Shown here: in pieces, positions 12,587 through 25,904 of the stretch
Layout: each line of letters begins with the position of its first letter
Position numbering within the stretch: the stretch's first letter is position 1
Assembly (NCBI RefSeq): GCF_009834535.1
Contig: NC_045697.1
Coordinates: 15,564,001 to 15,628,000, forward strand
Source: Camelus ferus
Taxonomy: Eukaryota
Direction: 5' to 3'
DNA length: 64,000 nt
Program-made: the position numbers and the translations under genes
Notes under the pieces: generated by a model
The model's database searches: none
What the model was told of the DNA's origin: nothing
Seen by the model: only the letters and a program-made list of their open reading frames with translations

Positions 12587-13501
12587 TCTTTATCCAGTCA
12601 TCTGTCAGTGCACATCTAAGTTGTTTCCATGTCTTGGCTATTGTAAATAGTGCTGCTATGAACACTGGGGTGCATGTGTATTTTTGAATTAGAGTTCCCT
12701 CTGGATATATGCCCAGGACTGGAATTGCTGGACCATATGGTAGGTCTGTTTTTAGTTTTTTAAGGAACTCCATACTGTTTTCCATAATGGGTGCATCAAA
12801 CTACATTCCCACCAACAGTGTAGGAGGGTTCCCTTTTCTCCACACTGTCTCCAACATTTATCAGTTGTGAACTTTTTAAAGATGGCCATTCTGACTGGTG
12901 TGAAGTGATACCTCATTGTAGTTTTGATTTAGATGGCTCTGATAATTAAGGATATTGAGCATTTTTTCATGTGCCTATCCATCAACAGATGACTGGTTAA
13001 AGATATATATACACACACACACATATACATATAATGGAATACTATTCAGCCATAAAAAGGATAAAATAATGCCACTTGCTGCAACTTGGATGGACCTGGA
13101 GATTGTTGTACTTAGTGAAGTAAGGCAGAAAGAGAAAGAAAAATACCATATGATATCACTTACATGTGGAATCTAAAAAAAAAAAGGACACAAATGAACT
13201 TATTTATAAAATAGAAACAGATTCACAGACATAGAAAACAAACATGGTTACTGGGTGGGGAAGGGAGTGGGAAGGGATACATTGGGGGTTTGAGATCTGC
13301 AGATACTAACCGCTATATATAAAATAGATAAACAACAAGTTTCTGCTGTATAGCACAGGGAACTATATTTAATATTTTGTAGTAACCTATAATGAAAAAG
13401 AATATGAAAACAAATTCATGTATGTATATGTAAAACTGAACTATTATGCTGTACACCAGAAATTGACACAACATTGTAAAATGACTATACTTCTATTTAA
13501 A
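12587..13501 (+). mobile_element. 5'-truncated, 5'-inverted L1 (twin priming) with 13-bp TSD
   Basis: 12587-~12978 is antisense ORF2 C-terminus ([28 protein letters not shown]...FIAALFTIAKTWKQ); ~12979-13501 is sense 3' UTR plus poly(A). TSD aaaaaaagcaaga at 12574-12586 and 13502-13514. Confidence 0.9.
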
Positions 13502-14249
13502 AAAAAAAGCAAGAATGAGGAGGAAAAGGAGGAGAATTCAACCTTTTATTTAGTTTATAAAAGGTCAATTTTTACTTATTTACATATCACTTGCTAAAAA
13601 GTCTATCTCTAATTAAAATAGATGAACAAATATGAACAAATGCAGTCTGAGATTTGAATGGAGGGAGAGATCTAGATACACAGATACACACAGATACAGC
13701 ATTAGGATGGGATAAAATCAGAGGAAACATTTCCTAGTTTCTTTTTTGCAAGGCTTTGAATGACGTTTGAACAGGTACAATCAGTTCTGTTACACTGTGC
13801 TTGTATTTCCTGCTCTTTTGTTTTTCTCAGGTTTGTTTCATCACATTCTCTTAAGAGTAGCCTATGAGTTCATGAATTAAGAGAAAATTGTGAAGAGGGT
13901 AAGCAGTTTCTTGTGTAGGAACCAGGGACTGGGTTCAATGCCTCACTTGCACAACCCCAAGTAACCCTAACAGGTTAATTTCCTTATGGGAAAGCGGCTA
14001 TTATCTCCATTTTACAGGGACGAATGAAATAAGACAGCTAAGAATAACACTTTTCACGTCACAGAGCTGCCTCATTCTGTGACATTCTCATCTCTAAATT
14101 TCGCAAGGCAACTGTGACATTTTCCTCTCTTAGCACTTATTTTCCATTCTCGTAATGGGGTTAAGTGTTTTTCTCTAAGACTCTCTTAGAGTCTTCAGGT
14201 CTGTCCTGAAAGTTAATACCTCTCTGTCTGTTTCTTGCACGCATGAGGA

Positions 14250-14290
14250 TACACACACACACACAAACACATACACGTGCACGCACACAC
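14250..14290 (+). repeat. Imperfect (CA)n microsatellite
   Basis: Seen directly. Confidence 0.75.
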
Positions 14291-14445
14291 ATGTTTGAGT
14301 ATAGACCTAGAATTTCTCATTTATTCGACAAATATATTGAGCTCCTGCTATGCGCCAGGCTCTATTCCAGGCATGGGGGATGCAGGAAGCCTTCCTAAAG
14401 CTTCCACTTTGCAGAGTAACAGATATTCAAGAAATGTGTCACACA

Positions 14446-14655
14446 TTACTACCTATAAAATAGATTAACAGTAAGGACCTACCGTATAGCACAGGGAACT
14501 ATATTCAGTTTCTTATAATGAATTGTAATGGAAAAGAATGGAACAGAAAAAATATATGTATGTTTGTATGTACATGTATAATTGAATTGCTTTGCTGCAC
14601 ACCTGAAACTAACATTGTAAATCGACTATACTTCAATAAAAAATAAGAACAAAAA
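14446..14655 (+). mobile_element. L1 3' end fragment
   Basis: aaaatagattaacagtaaggacctaccgtatagcacagggaactatattca...cgactatacttcaataaa plus tail. Degenerate TSD aagaaatgtgtcacaca / aagaaacatatcaaaca. Confidence 0.8.
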
Positions 14656-15211
14656 GAAACATATCAAACAAAAAAATCATTTTATCACAGTTGTAACAAA
14701 TGCTACAGTAGAACACGGAGTGTGAAATGACAGCTTCTCACGCAGGGACCCAACCCCAAAACTGAGAAGAAGAGAACGGAAGCATCCTCTGTGTAGAGAA
14801 CATGCTGCAGTGACCCTCTGTGGCCGGTCGCCTTGCTTGCTGACGTGTGAACTAGCTCGCCTCCTCCGTGCTTCCCAACCGCCCGAAGCAACTGTACTTT
14901 CTTGCTCTGTGATGCTCTGTCCTACATGCGTGACCAATGGTGACAGAAATCTCAAGGCTTTTGAGCTTTTTGAGGTGCCTGGATTCTGACTGTCATGATT
15001 CATCCTCCTACGCTAGTTTTATTTTTTTTTCTTTTTTAACATATGTATGCTGTGGCTTCTATTTTAACCCATGGATATAACGGTGTTGGGATTTGAGACT
15101 TTATCTTAGGTATCTTTCTTTCTCTTGATTACCTGTACTTGTTAAATGGGCACTATAAAAAATTGACAAAGGAGGGTTTTTACTGTAGCTTGTGATTCTA
15201 TCTCTTAGCTC

Positions 15212-16290
15212 TTATTCATTCATTCTCTCAGTCACAAAACAGATATTGGATACCTGTTATGTGCCAGGCATTGTGTTACCTACAGGATACACAGCTGGGA
15301 ACAGAATAGGCATGACCCCAGCCCTCATGGAGCTTATACAGTAGACTGATTCTTCATTGCTGTATTTACAAAGCTTTCAAAAAAAAAAAAAGTGCTTAGC
15401 ACTGTGAAAGATGCAGAGTTTGAAGAAAATAACGTCTCTGCCTTGCCGAATTCATGTTCTCATGAGGGAGACAAGATCAAGGCACATAAAACAACACATG
15501 AGACTATATTGTCCAAAAAAAAAAAAAAAGGAACATAGAGTTGAATGTTCAGGGAAGATTTCTTTGAAAGATGAGGCCTGAAAAGTGCCTTGAAGGAAAA
15601 ATAAACTTGGAAAAGTGATTAGAAGAGAGGAGGTCATCCAAGGTGAAAAATGACACAGGACCACCTTAAAAGGGTGGGGAGAGGACAGCAAAGAGACACA
15701 ATTGTCTAGATTGCAAGCTTACTAAAAATGAGGGAAGGTGGGGCCTTAAGTGCTAAGATAAGTTGTTGACAGATAATGCAAAGCTCTTGTTTTCATGGTA
15801 AGTGAAGAGTTCTTGGATCCTTTTCTATCATTTTTACACTGCAAGTACTATTTTTGAAAATGTGTCTGGATTTGAAGGGCAAAGAAATGAGAGGCAGGGA
15901 GACAGATGGGGACAGTAATGATTTGATTCAGGTGTGTTGATGTCTGTACAAGTGTGTACCAAATGGGACTTGAAGAAATGAATCCAGGAGATAATATATA
16001 AGACTGTGCTACAGTCTGAACAGAAGGGACAAGGGAATGCTGGATGGGAATACAGGGGAAGGAATGTGGGAGATGAGGGTGTAAAAGACAGACACAAGTG
16101 GATGGCAGAGGAGTCTTGGTTAAGCTGGGTTTGTTGAATTTTATACAGTGGTTGAGCTTTTGCATTAATATGTCCTGTGGTCATTTAAAGCCTGGTGCTT
16201 AAGTAAGAAGTGCAGCCTTGAAATCGGGGTGTCATTGGGACAGAAGTGATTGTGTAGCTCTGGAAACAGATGAGCTCTGTGTAGGGAGGG
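15212..16290 (-). mobile_element. L2 LINE fragments
   Basis: Begins attcattcattc...tgtgccaggcattgtg...gccctcatggagcttata (reverse L2 3' end), followed by degenerate L2 body. Confidence 0.6.
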
Positions 16291-17346
16291 GATGCAGAGA
16301 CAAACCTGAACTCTCAGAAACCAAAAAAGCTAGCAATAACTAATTATCTACCAGAAACAAGAAAATAGAATAATTAGACTTCAGATGATAAGAATGTCTA
16401 TGCCATTAACATCAGACATTCGTTATGGTTATAAATTTCCTGGGAAAATGTAAATGGTAATTTGAAGAAAAAAATATCCCCTTCATTAAGTCTTCCACAA
16501 TGCAATTTGTGGTTTCTAGAGAGGTCGACAGTTTTGGCTTGGAAGAGGCCAGATCCCATAATTACCTGACAAATTCTCACAATTCTTGGGAAACCAGTGA
16601 ACTCCCCATAAAGCCAATGAGAAGATGGGAGCTGATTTATTTCCAGTAGTTCCATAAATCATGAGAAAACTTGAAAGATTCAATTAAGGACAGAGTTGAC
16701 CCCCTGAAAATTTAATAAAATTGTGGGTTTGGTTTTTTTTTTTTTGCAGATCCCTGTCACTGTTGGCTCAAGGCTCCCTATGTTAACGTAGACTCCAGTG
16801 GCAGGTAATTAAATGAGCTTTTATTCCTGAGACTCTTGCTAACGATTTGAGATTTCATCATCATCGAGTATGTTCCGTATATACCGTATTTGCCAGTGAA
16901 CTCTCCTGACCCCTCTTCTCAATCACACACAAGTGTGCACACACACATCCATAAAAGTATTTAAATTTTAAATTGCAATTTCACTTTTAAAAATATCAGA
17001 CAGTGCAGGTTTAATTGGAAAGATGTAATCCGTGTGATAACTTCTGAGGGTGGACCCCAGCTCTGACATCCAAAACTTTAAAAAAAATGAAAACTTGTTC
17101 CAAGGGTTAGTACTTGGTTTAGTCTGGCTGCACTGAGTGAAGCATATTTCAATCCATACTCTGCCTGCTTATCAGGAAGTTAGTCCCATCAGAATATTAG
17201 CCATGGTGTTTCCAGTTCCTTAGCTTTACATTTCTTCCTCATGAGAAAATTTGGGAATAAATGATAGCTTATTGTTCTAAATTCTCACTCCACCCTCTTG
17301 GTCTAATAAGATCTTACCTAGTTCTAATGCCATCTTCTCTACAAAA

Positions 17347-18310
17347 TCATTCATTCATTCATTCATTCATTCATTCAACACATGTCCAATGATAAGCACT
17401 GGGTGCACTGAAATGAACAAGACAGAAGAGATCCTTGATCTTGTGAAGCTTACATTTGAGTGTGTGTATAGAGGGCAAGGGTGAGGAGAGACTGGGAAGA
17501 AAAGAGAAACAAATGATAGAAGAAGATAATTTCAGATACTGTAAGTGCTGTAAAGAACTAAAAAAAAATTAAAAAAAGAGTGCATTAATAGAGAGTGAGA
17601 AGGTGACTTCTGAGCTAAGATCTGTGAGAAAACAAGGAGCCATCCAGGGGCAGATGTGGGGGAAGAGAGTTTCATTCAGGAAGTTTGAGGTGAGAACAAG
17701 GTGGACATATGTTAAAAACAGGAAGAAGGATGATGTACACAGCTGCATTAAGATAACTTGTAGCAACTGAGACGGCGCACTAATTGTACATTCCACAGCT
17801 AATTATAAAGTGGAACTGAGCGGAAAAGGGAAGGCGATGAGGAAGGGAAAGAAGGCTTGGGACAAATCATGTTGGACCTTGTAGGTCAAAGTCCGAGGCT
17901 GGGTTTGATTTTAAGTGCAACAGGAAGCCACTGAAGCACTTTAGGCAGTAGAATGACATAATTTATATTTTTACAAATTTTAACAAGTCATATTTACTGT
18001 TGCGTGGAGAATGCACCATAGAGAAACAGAAAAACAGAAGCAGAGAGACCAAGGAACCTGGTTATTGAAGGCGACCAGAGGAGACTGGGTGGGAGCTTGA
18101 ATCCGAGGATGAACAGTGGGGAGAGAGAAGTCTTGGCAGGTTTAAAGCATAGCTTAGGGGAAGGGTTTGGCTGGACCAGCTGGTGGACTGAATGTGGGAG
18201 ACCATGGAAAGGGCTGATTCATGGATGATGCCTCGATTTTTGGCTTCATCAACTGAGAATACCTGGGGAGGAGCAGATTATTTGGAGAAGGTGCAGCAGG
18301 AAATCAAGAG
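17347..18310 (-). mobile_element. L2 LINE with (TTCA)n tail
   Basis: (cattc/attc)n tail, then aatgaacaagacag...gcttacatt...aagtgcaacaggaagccactgaag...ggatgatgcctcgatttttggctt. Confidence 0.75.
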
Positions 18311-21269
18311 ATCCTTCCCAACTCTCTCTTCACCATCAGTAGCAGCCTCCTTAACACCTTAAACACAAATCTGCTGCTGTGCATCCCATGATTTATTGTA
18401 ATTTGTATGTTTAATGGATTTTGAGTCCTTAGAGATTACAGATCTTGGTTTACTCATATCCCAGATACTACCAAAGTGTCTGGCCCATAGTAGGTGCTCA
18501 AAATATACTTATTTACAACACATATGAATTGAAGTAAAATATTTCAAGTCCAACTGCTTGTATGTTTGGAAAAGTAGCATCTCGCATAATTAAGTATATT
18601 ATTCTACTTTGATTTATGAACTATTTTATTCACCCTGGAAAATACACACCATATAAAATAAGAAGAGCTATGATTGCAATTTGGATTGCCATAATTAAAA
18701 GAAACCTCTATTTATATGTAAAGCAGATTGTACTTTATGTAGAGAAGAAAGCAAATAAGTTGTTTACGAACAGGGACTTTTTGGAGCCCTGTATGGGTGA
18801 GGTACGTCCCTCCGAATTCAGTAGGGTTTCAATATTTTATTTAATAAATGGAACTGAATGCAATATTTTACCTAAAAGCTTTCATTGGTCTATAAAAATT
18901 ACAAATGAGCAGAGTACTTTGGGATAAACTATTAAAGTTTGGGGAGGATTTGTATTTATTCTATTGAGAGAGAGAGCCATTGGTATGTAAAGGTCCTACT
19001 AAGGGATCGAACAGTCCCTTTTCATGTGAATTGCCCACTGGGGACTGTACTTTCTGGGACTGCAGCATTTGCTATTTCAGTCCAGCGTTCGTCCGTGTAA
19101 CTTAACTGTTTTTGTTGTTGTTGCCTCACTAGATCTCCTACTTAAAAGGGAAATGAAATGTTTAAACCACAAAATCCCAGGTGGTTCAGCCGACAGGTGT
19201 AAAAGGCAATGTGACACTGAAATAAAACATTAAGTCAGTTTTTGCTTAATGGGAGAAGTTCTGATGCAGCATGCAGCCTTGATATTTTTTTTCCCCTTTC
19301 CCAAGCCGGAGTGTTCTATAGAATCCCCACCCACACAACTACTAGCAAAAAGCACAGAAACAATTCTCTGATTGCATTTGAGAACACATTTGGAAAAACA
19401 CTGGTCTTCCTTCAGGGTCAGCATTGCAGTAGCTAATGGACAAGAAGAAACCCAAGAGCTAAGATGGAGAAACAGGGATGATGACAACTCTGTGGTTTCT
19501 ACTTGGAAACTTGCATAAATGCAGGCTGTGAATTCTACCTTTCTTGTCTGTCAGGACCTGGCCAATCTGCCCCGGGGGGGGGGGTGGGCCACAAGAAAGG
19601 ATGATGAAGGGACACCAACAACAATAACAGACAACAGCAGTATACACGCGGTCTCTCAGCAACACGATCTCGGTCACACACACACCACCGTAACCTTCAC
19701 ATTTCTCATCACCAGTTCTCACAAGCATCCCGCAAGGTAGATTTATTTCACCTGAAGAAACTGCAATTCAACACTGGTTGATAAACATACTCAAAACTGT
19801 ATTTCTAGTAAGAAGCAGGCCAGAATCCAAACCCAAATACAGCTGGATCCAAATACACCACCCTGAAGTAGTAGTAATGCAGAAACAGGTGGCATCTGAG
19901 GACCAAACACCTCCCTTGCCCACATCTGTGAAAGGTTTTGCCAGTTCCTAAGGGAAAAGGAATTGATTTAACCCAAGAAGTACACAGTACTGAGAATGCA
20001 GCTGTGATGGAGTTTTCATTATGCTTCATTTATTTATTTAGTAAATACAGCTTCTTTCTAAGTTTAGGTTCCATTCTTCTCAATTAACCCTTGTGGTCTT
20101 TCTAATGTACCAAGTAAACTACAACGTGGGGTATTACTGAGAAATGTACCTGAAGTGAACTAACCCGTCAGCTCTCATTCCCAGGGGGGCGGAACAGGTA
20201 GGCAGACCCCCCTCAATGTAACAGAGTCGATGGTTACCTGTGTGCCACATGTTAGAATAGTTACAATTATTCTACCCCACCCACCAAATAACCTTCAAAG
20301 TTCTGCAGCACGTAGCCTGGCTAGCTCTGGCCTCAGCGCACCTCCTTCGTAGGGCTTTGCTGAAATGAACAACAAGAACACACACCAACATCCTGCATGT
20401 TCTCCTTTTCCTTAAAGCTGCTGGCTTGGCGTGTGGTCAGGTTTCCAAGGCATCACAAGGAAGATAACTGACACTTGGCCACAGCATACAAGGGTCACCA
20501 GCTTTCTAGCCTGCACACCTGTGCCCTCGCCATCACTGCCTGAGCGCTAAGCCAACGTGGCATTTTAGGTTAAGTCCAGGGATCCCATTTAAAGTGCGAA
20601 ATTCTGGATAAGGGGGATGTTGGGGGGTAGAGAGGTAGGGAATATTGTGGAAATCAATTAATTAAAGTTTCTTACCTCAAATCTGTTTATTGTGAATAAT
20701 CTAAATTTAAAGTGCTTATACAAAATAATCCTTAACAATAATGAAGATAACCACTCAGAATGTTTTCTCAGGATCTTCCAACTTTTTTTTTCTCTCATAT
20801 GATCCAAAGTCCTTCCATAGATTTTGTATATTTTCCCCAAATTGCCCTGAATCGCAAACCCCAAGTTTGTTTTCCCCTAGCAGTTCACAGCACGCTCTGG
20901 ACGACGGGGCTGTGAAGTGTCTTCATTCCTGGGTGTGGCCCTGGCTCCTCAGCGATGTCCCTCCAGCCCTCCGCTTAACCTGGCTGGACACCTTGAGGTT
21001 AAAACCCAAATTAGGTAAAACTCTAACTTTTCACTTGGGTCTTGGGAGTGACATTGGGGCTTTATGAGTGTGTGTGTGTGTTCCTCTGACATGCAGCAGA
21101 CAATAAATACTTGCTGGAAGACTCATGAATCTCTTAATTCCAGCCTTGATGCCAAAGGAACAGATTTCAGAACGTGACCTACTTCCTCTTAAATCACACA
21201 ATGTGGGTTTATCTTTGTCTTTTTCATAGGTAGATAGATAACTGATAGATAATAGAAAGGTGTGAGAGG

Positions 21270-21306
<37 letters not shown>
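21270..21306 (+). repeat. (GT)n microsatellite
   Basis: Seen directly. Confidence 0.9.
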
Positions 21307-21307
<1 letters not shown>

Positions 21308-21399
21308 TGAGATCCGCTGGACTCTAAATCTGGGCTGGGTCGTCCTCAATGAAAACCTGTTTTGGTGCGGAGGCTCCCGAGAATGCTCCTTTCTCATCC

Positions 21400-22030
21400 C
21401 TCGCTCCCTGTGTGCCTTCTGACCCTTGTCCATGCTCTTTCTTTCCCTTCCAAGCAGCAGACAGCAGTGGGGCTCCTCTGGCAGCCGCGGCCTGCTGTTT
21501 CCGGGACTAACTGATCCTCTGTCTGCTTCACCCCAGCTGCTCCCCGCTCGTGCGCCCTGACTCACTTTGCCCTGACAGCAGAGGCCCGGGGCCTTCTGCG
21601 CAGTCTTCTCGCAGGGGGCACCGAGCCTGGGACTCACCCAGGCCCTGCCTCTAGCTTGGTGAAGACAGCAGTCTGCGAACTGCAGCTGCCAACTGACAAA
21701 TGAGCTTTCTGTCCCAGGCTCGTCATCTTCTCTTCTCCCCACCATCCAGGGTGAGCCATCACTTCCAGAAAACACCAGCCAGGAGTCCTGATGCTGCTGA
21801 GCCCACAGGATCCTGGGTCAACAACAGGAAAGCATGGAGAACCACCAACACTGGCCCCTGATGGGAGTGGACCCCTGGATGAAGACCTCTGATGCTCCAT
21901 CCACAAGACCTGTTCTTATGGGCAAGAACCTTAGTGAGAACTGTATTAGACTGGTTTCTTCTAACTCATGGCTACAGTCATCTTCATGGAATACTGTTTC
22001 AGGGGAGAGAAGGAAATATTTGGAGCATGT
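21400..22030 (-). mobile_element. Possible decayed ERVL-class internal sequence (ERV3-16A3-like)
   Basis: GC-rich block with gagccatcacttccag and actggcccctgatgggagtggacccct, recalled as resembling ERVL internal sequence. Several broken ORFs, no intact domain. Confidence 0.35.
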
Positions 22031-22249
22031 GGGTATTTGAGGAAGAAAGTTTAACTCCTGGGTCAAACTAACATAGTACCTTCTCAAGGATGTGGGAAAC
22101 TGTTCTTTCTAGACCGTTTTAGTCTTGGTGCCAGAGCTCCAGGACTTGGAGAGGCTGGAAGAGAAGGCATCATGTCCTTTCACTGCCTTCACAGGGTTTT
22201 CTTTCAAAATCAAATAAACCTCACTTTTCATTTCTCATGATTTCTACTC

Positions 22250-22630
22250 AGATTCTCCGTCACTCATCCGAATCAGGCCACTCCAGCCTCCCTGACGTCC
22301 CTCCCTGTCCCAGACATGCCACCTGCCTTCACAACAGATCACCACTTACCCTGGCCCTTACAGGTCTTTCCACAAATGCCACCTTGTCATGGGGACCTCT
22401 TCATCCTACCCCCATCTCCGAAAATTCCAGCGGCCCCTTTCCTAACTTGCTTTTCTCTTTCGCATGAGTGCCACCTAACAGATTCTTCACACGTTTCACT
22501 TAGTTATAAACAGACTCTCACCTGTTTTGCTCCCCCTCACCTCACCCCAAGCCTAGAGGAGTGTCCGGCCAGAGCACTTTTTGTTTGTCTGACTGCTTGT
22601 TGACAGACTCCATGAAAGAATGAATAAATG
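22250..22630 (+). mobile_element. L2 3' fragment
   Basis: caaatgccaccttgtcatggggacctctt...ccccaagcctagaggagtgtccggcc...gaatgaataaat. Confidence 0.55.
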
Positions 22631-24299
22631 GTGGCCTGGCTGTCAACAGGGAACCCGTTTCAGATTGACCTGTCCCCTCTCCCTTCACACACTGTGATTT
22701 GACTTTTTTATGCTCAGCAGAATCCAAAGTCAACATCCTGATCACCTGTTTCTAAAACCAAAGAAGGTGTCGCTTTTACAAGACTCTCAGCATTCTACTA
22801 GGCAAAGCAAGGGAAAGGAAGGTTGTAGATGAGGGTTTGTCCATCTGGGCATGTGAAAGGTTCCACAGCCAGCAAGGATGAGGTCTAATAGTCACCCGCA
22901 CGCCAGAGGCCCCCTGAACTGCCTGCTGCTCCTGCGGCCCTGGTTGACATCACAGGCGTGGAGGAGAGAGAACGGGGAACTGGAACGACCACGGTGCAGG
23001 TGTGTAACACTGCGGGGCCGCCAACTCACCTGTGCAGCTTCTGGACCTGGCACCTACCTGCGCGATTCTGATTTCCTCCTTTGAAAGATGCTTAGGTGCA
23101 ACTTCGATACTCAGACAGGATTGAGATTCAGTGGCTTAGGGAAACAATCTGTCCCTGTTCTTTACCTGCAATTCCTCCCAAACAGCTCTTAAAAATCAGC
23201 ATAACTTCTGTGTGCAGGTGTGCGTGTGTGTAGGCAGCCAGCACGTGAAATGGAACCTGTGATGGGTGCAGGGACACTGCCAAGGTCACTGTCAGACTTA
23301 CCAGCATTTTGCTTCAAGTGGGCCCAGTGCCCAAGAAAGTGGACGACACCATTTATAACATTGCTTTTATATAAAAAGATACCCTCATTTCCAAACAATA
23401 AGGTCACAAAATAAATTTTGAAACAAAATTGGTTTATAATTTGGGACTTGCCTGTAATACTAGAGATTTAAATTTTTAAACACAAGGCAAATCACAGATC
23501 ACACTGACAGAGACGTGTTCTGACGGGTATACCAGACAATTTATGAAATGTTTACATTAATTTTCTTGAAATATGGGCAGAAGCTATGGTTAACAACTTG
23601 TGTTCCCCAGTGCATAGTGAGAACTTAACTAATAGCAGCTATATCTCAAGAATGACAGAGGCCAAAGACTGTGGTTAATGCCTGACATGGAAAAGCTAAG
23701 ACACCACAATGGTGTTTTTAGAAACTGAGCTTCGTAAAGATTTGCAAATTGTTACTCTGTTAGTTACTTAGGTGTAAGTAGGTATTTTTTCCCTATGCTT
23801 TCAGCTTCTTTTCTGACTCTGAATGTGATCCCCTGTGAACCTGCCCTTCTCATCCTCGTCTCTGAAGGAACTCCATGCTAAGGGACTCTGAGGACGCCTA
23901 TTCCTTCATTCCAGGAGGATTATTTGCATGAAAGGGCAGAGGTCTTCTCGGTGGTCTTCAAGTCTTCAACCATAATAAATACATCAGATTCTGGCCCTGC
24001 AGCCTAGACCTGGCGTGGGATGCACACCCACATTTTTTTTTTTTTTTTTGAGGTCTAGTGGGGTAATGTTAACATTCAAAAGAGTAAAACAAATACTTAC
24101 GTCTGCAGCAGCCCATTACCTGGGAAGTGGTTGGGTGCAGAATCGCTGAAGAAGAATCTGGATAATTATGGTAAAGACCATCTTCTTCACTCCTCTTCCC
24201 TCCACAGCGGATACATAGACCTCACCAGCATCTCAGGTCTGCAAAGGCTTTTCTCAGTTTACGGATTTTCCCCTTCACCCCATTCCCTTCCTCTTCTTT

Positions 24300-25900
24300 A
24301 GTCCCTGCATCTCTAATGTGTATGTGAACTTAGGAACACATACATCCTTGGAAGGTTACAGGGGTTGTTTCATGTGAACATGTGGTCTCACTCTGCATAC
24401 ATTGCACTGACCTATAAATCTGGTTCTCTTCATTATTTTCCACTCAACAATGTACTCTCAAGATGTGTATAGTTAGCTACAGTTCGCACCCCGATCACGG
24501 CTGTTAAACGCCACAGGATAGGTCCCTGTATGCATCAGCGTCACTTTACCTGTCCTTTCCCTGGTGACGGTGTCCTCCAGCATCTCTCCACCACAGACAG
24601 TGATGCAGCAAACGCCCTCAGACATGTCGAAGAGGAGTCTGTAACCGAGAACGGGGTTGTGGGAGTTTTAGAGTATACACGTGTATTATTTCAGGAGGTA
24701 TTGCCAGATTTCTCTCCCCAAGGTTTCTATCAGTTTATAGTTTTTCCAGCAGAGTAGGACGGTCCCCATTTCATTGCCATCACCAGTGTGTGCTGGTGGC
24801 CTAATTTCTAGTCACCCATCTGAGGAGCTTAAAGGACTGCATCAGTATTATATGACCAATCTGAAAAATATAAAGTTTTACTTTTTAAATTTATTATCAT
24901 GAAATTTTTAAAATTTTACATTTCTCTGATTATTACTGAGGGTAAGAATCTCTTATAAGACATTTAGGTTTCCCTGTTTGTGAGCTGCCAATTCACATCC
25001 ATTGATTATTTTCTATTTTATTTTATTTCAACTGCAGAGCAACAGACATTTCTGTATGTTCTAGACAGTAATCTCTTGGTTTTCAATGTTCCAAATACAA
25101 TTCTTGGTTCCCAAATTGTCCTTCGTTTGTTGCCTTCAGTGTCCTTCACTGCCAAAAAACCCTTAATTTAGATGTATTCACAATCAACCCATTTTTTTCC
25201 CTGAGGTCTTAAATTTTTTTCCATATGTATATTGACGTCCAGGAAATATGTTCACCACATATTGTTAAAGAAGAAAGCAAGTCATAAAACAGCACGTATA
25301 CTATGATCCATCCTATTTATATAAAATGATTCACAAGGTCAGTAACAAGTATGCCCTTTTCATTGATTTGGGCATAAAAGAGTTATTTTCTTTAATTGTT
25401 CAAATGATAATAACACCAATCCTAGTCTGCTCAGTTTAGTGGAAAGCACAATTCTCCTTCCTGGGTCTCCTGCCCCCAGATTCCTCAGTGACTTTTCTCA
25501 ATGTCGATTTTGTTGATCTTTTCACAGAACCAACTCTTGGTTTTGGTCATTTTTCTCCTATTGTTTTTCTATTCTCCATTTTATTTATCTCTGCTTTAAT
25601 CTTTATTATTTTCTTCCTTCTTCTAACTTTGTCAAATCCACTTTTGGCTTTTAGGGTGTGTGCTTTAGGGTTTTGTCTTTAAAAAAATCATAGTTTTTAA
25701 ATTTAGCTTTCTATTTGGTATAGACTTTAAAAACACCACTGTTCATTTTTTTCACCTAAAAGACCAATTTCTTCCAAAATATCAATTAATAAGTCATTCC
25801 ATTTCCCATGATTAGTAGTGAAATTTGTATCATTTAATAAGGACTAGATTCTAGGATCTCCATTATATTTATTGGCCTTTTTGAATTCATTTATCCTATT
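24300..25900 (-). mobile_element. Old L1 (L1MC/ME-like) fragments
   Basis: ttttccactcaacaatgt, ttgccagatttctctccccaagg, atttctctgattattactgaggg, gagctgccaattcacatccattga and ttgttgatcttttcacagaaccaactcttgg are reverse L1 ORF2/3' UTR sequence. Confidence 0.7.
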
Positions 25901-25904
25901 ATCC

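Noticed and set aside
12567..13176. Small ORFs with protein-like sequence (12567-12785, 12955-13176)
   Set aside because: They are L1 ORF2 C-terminus and 3' UTR remnants, not host genes.
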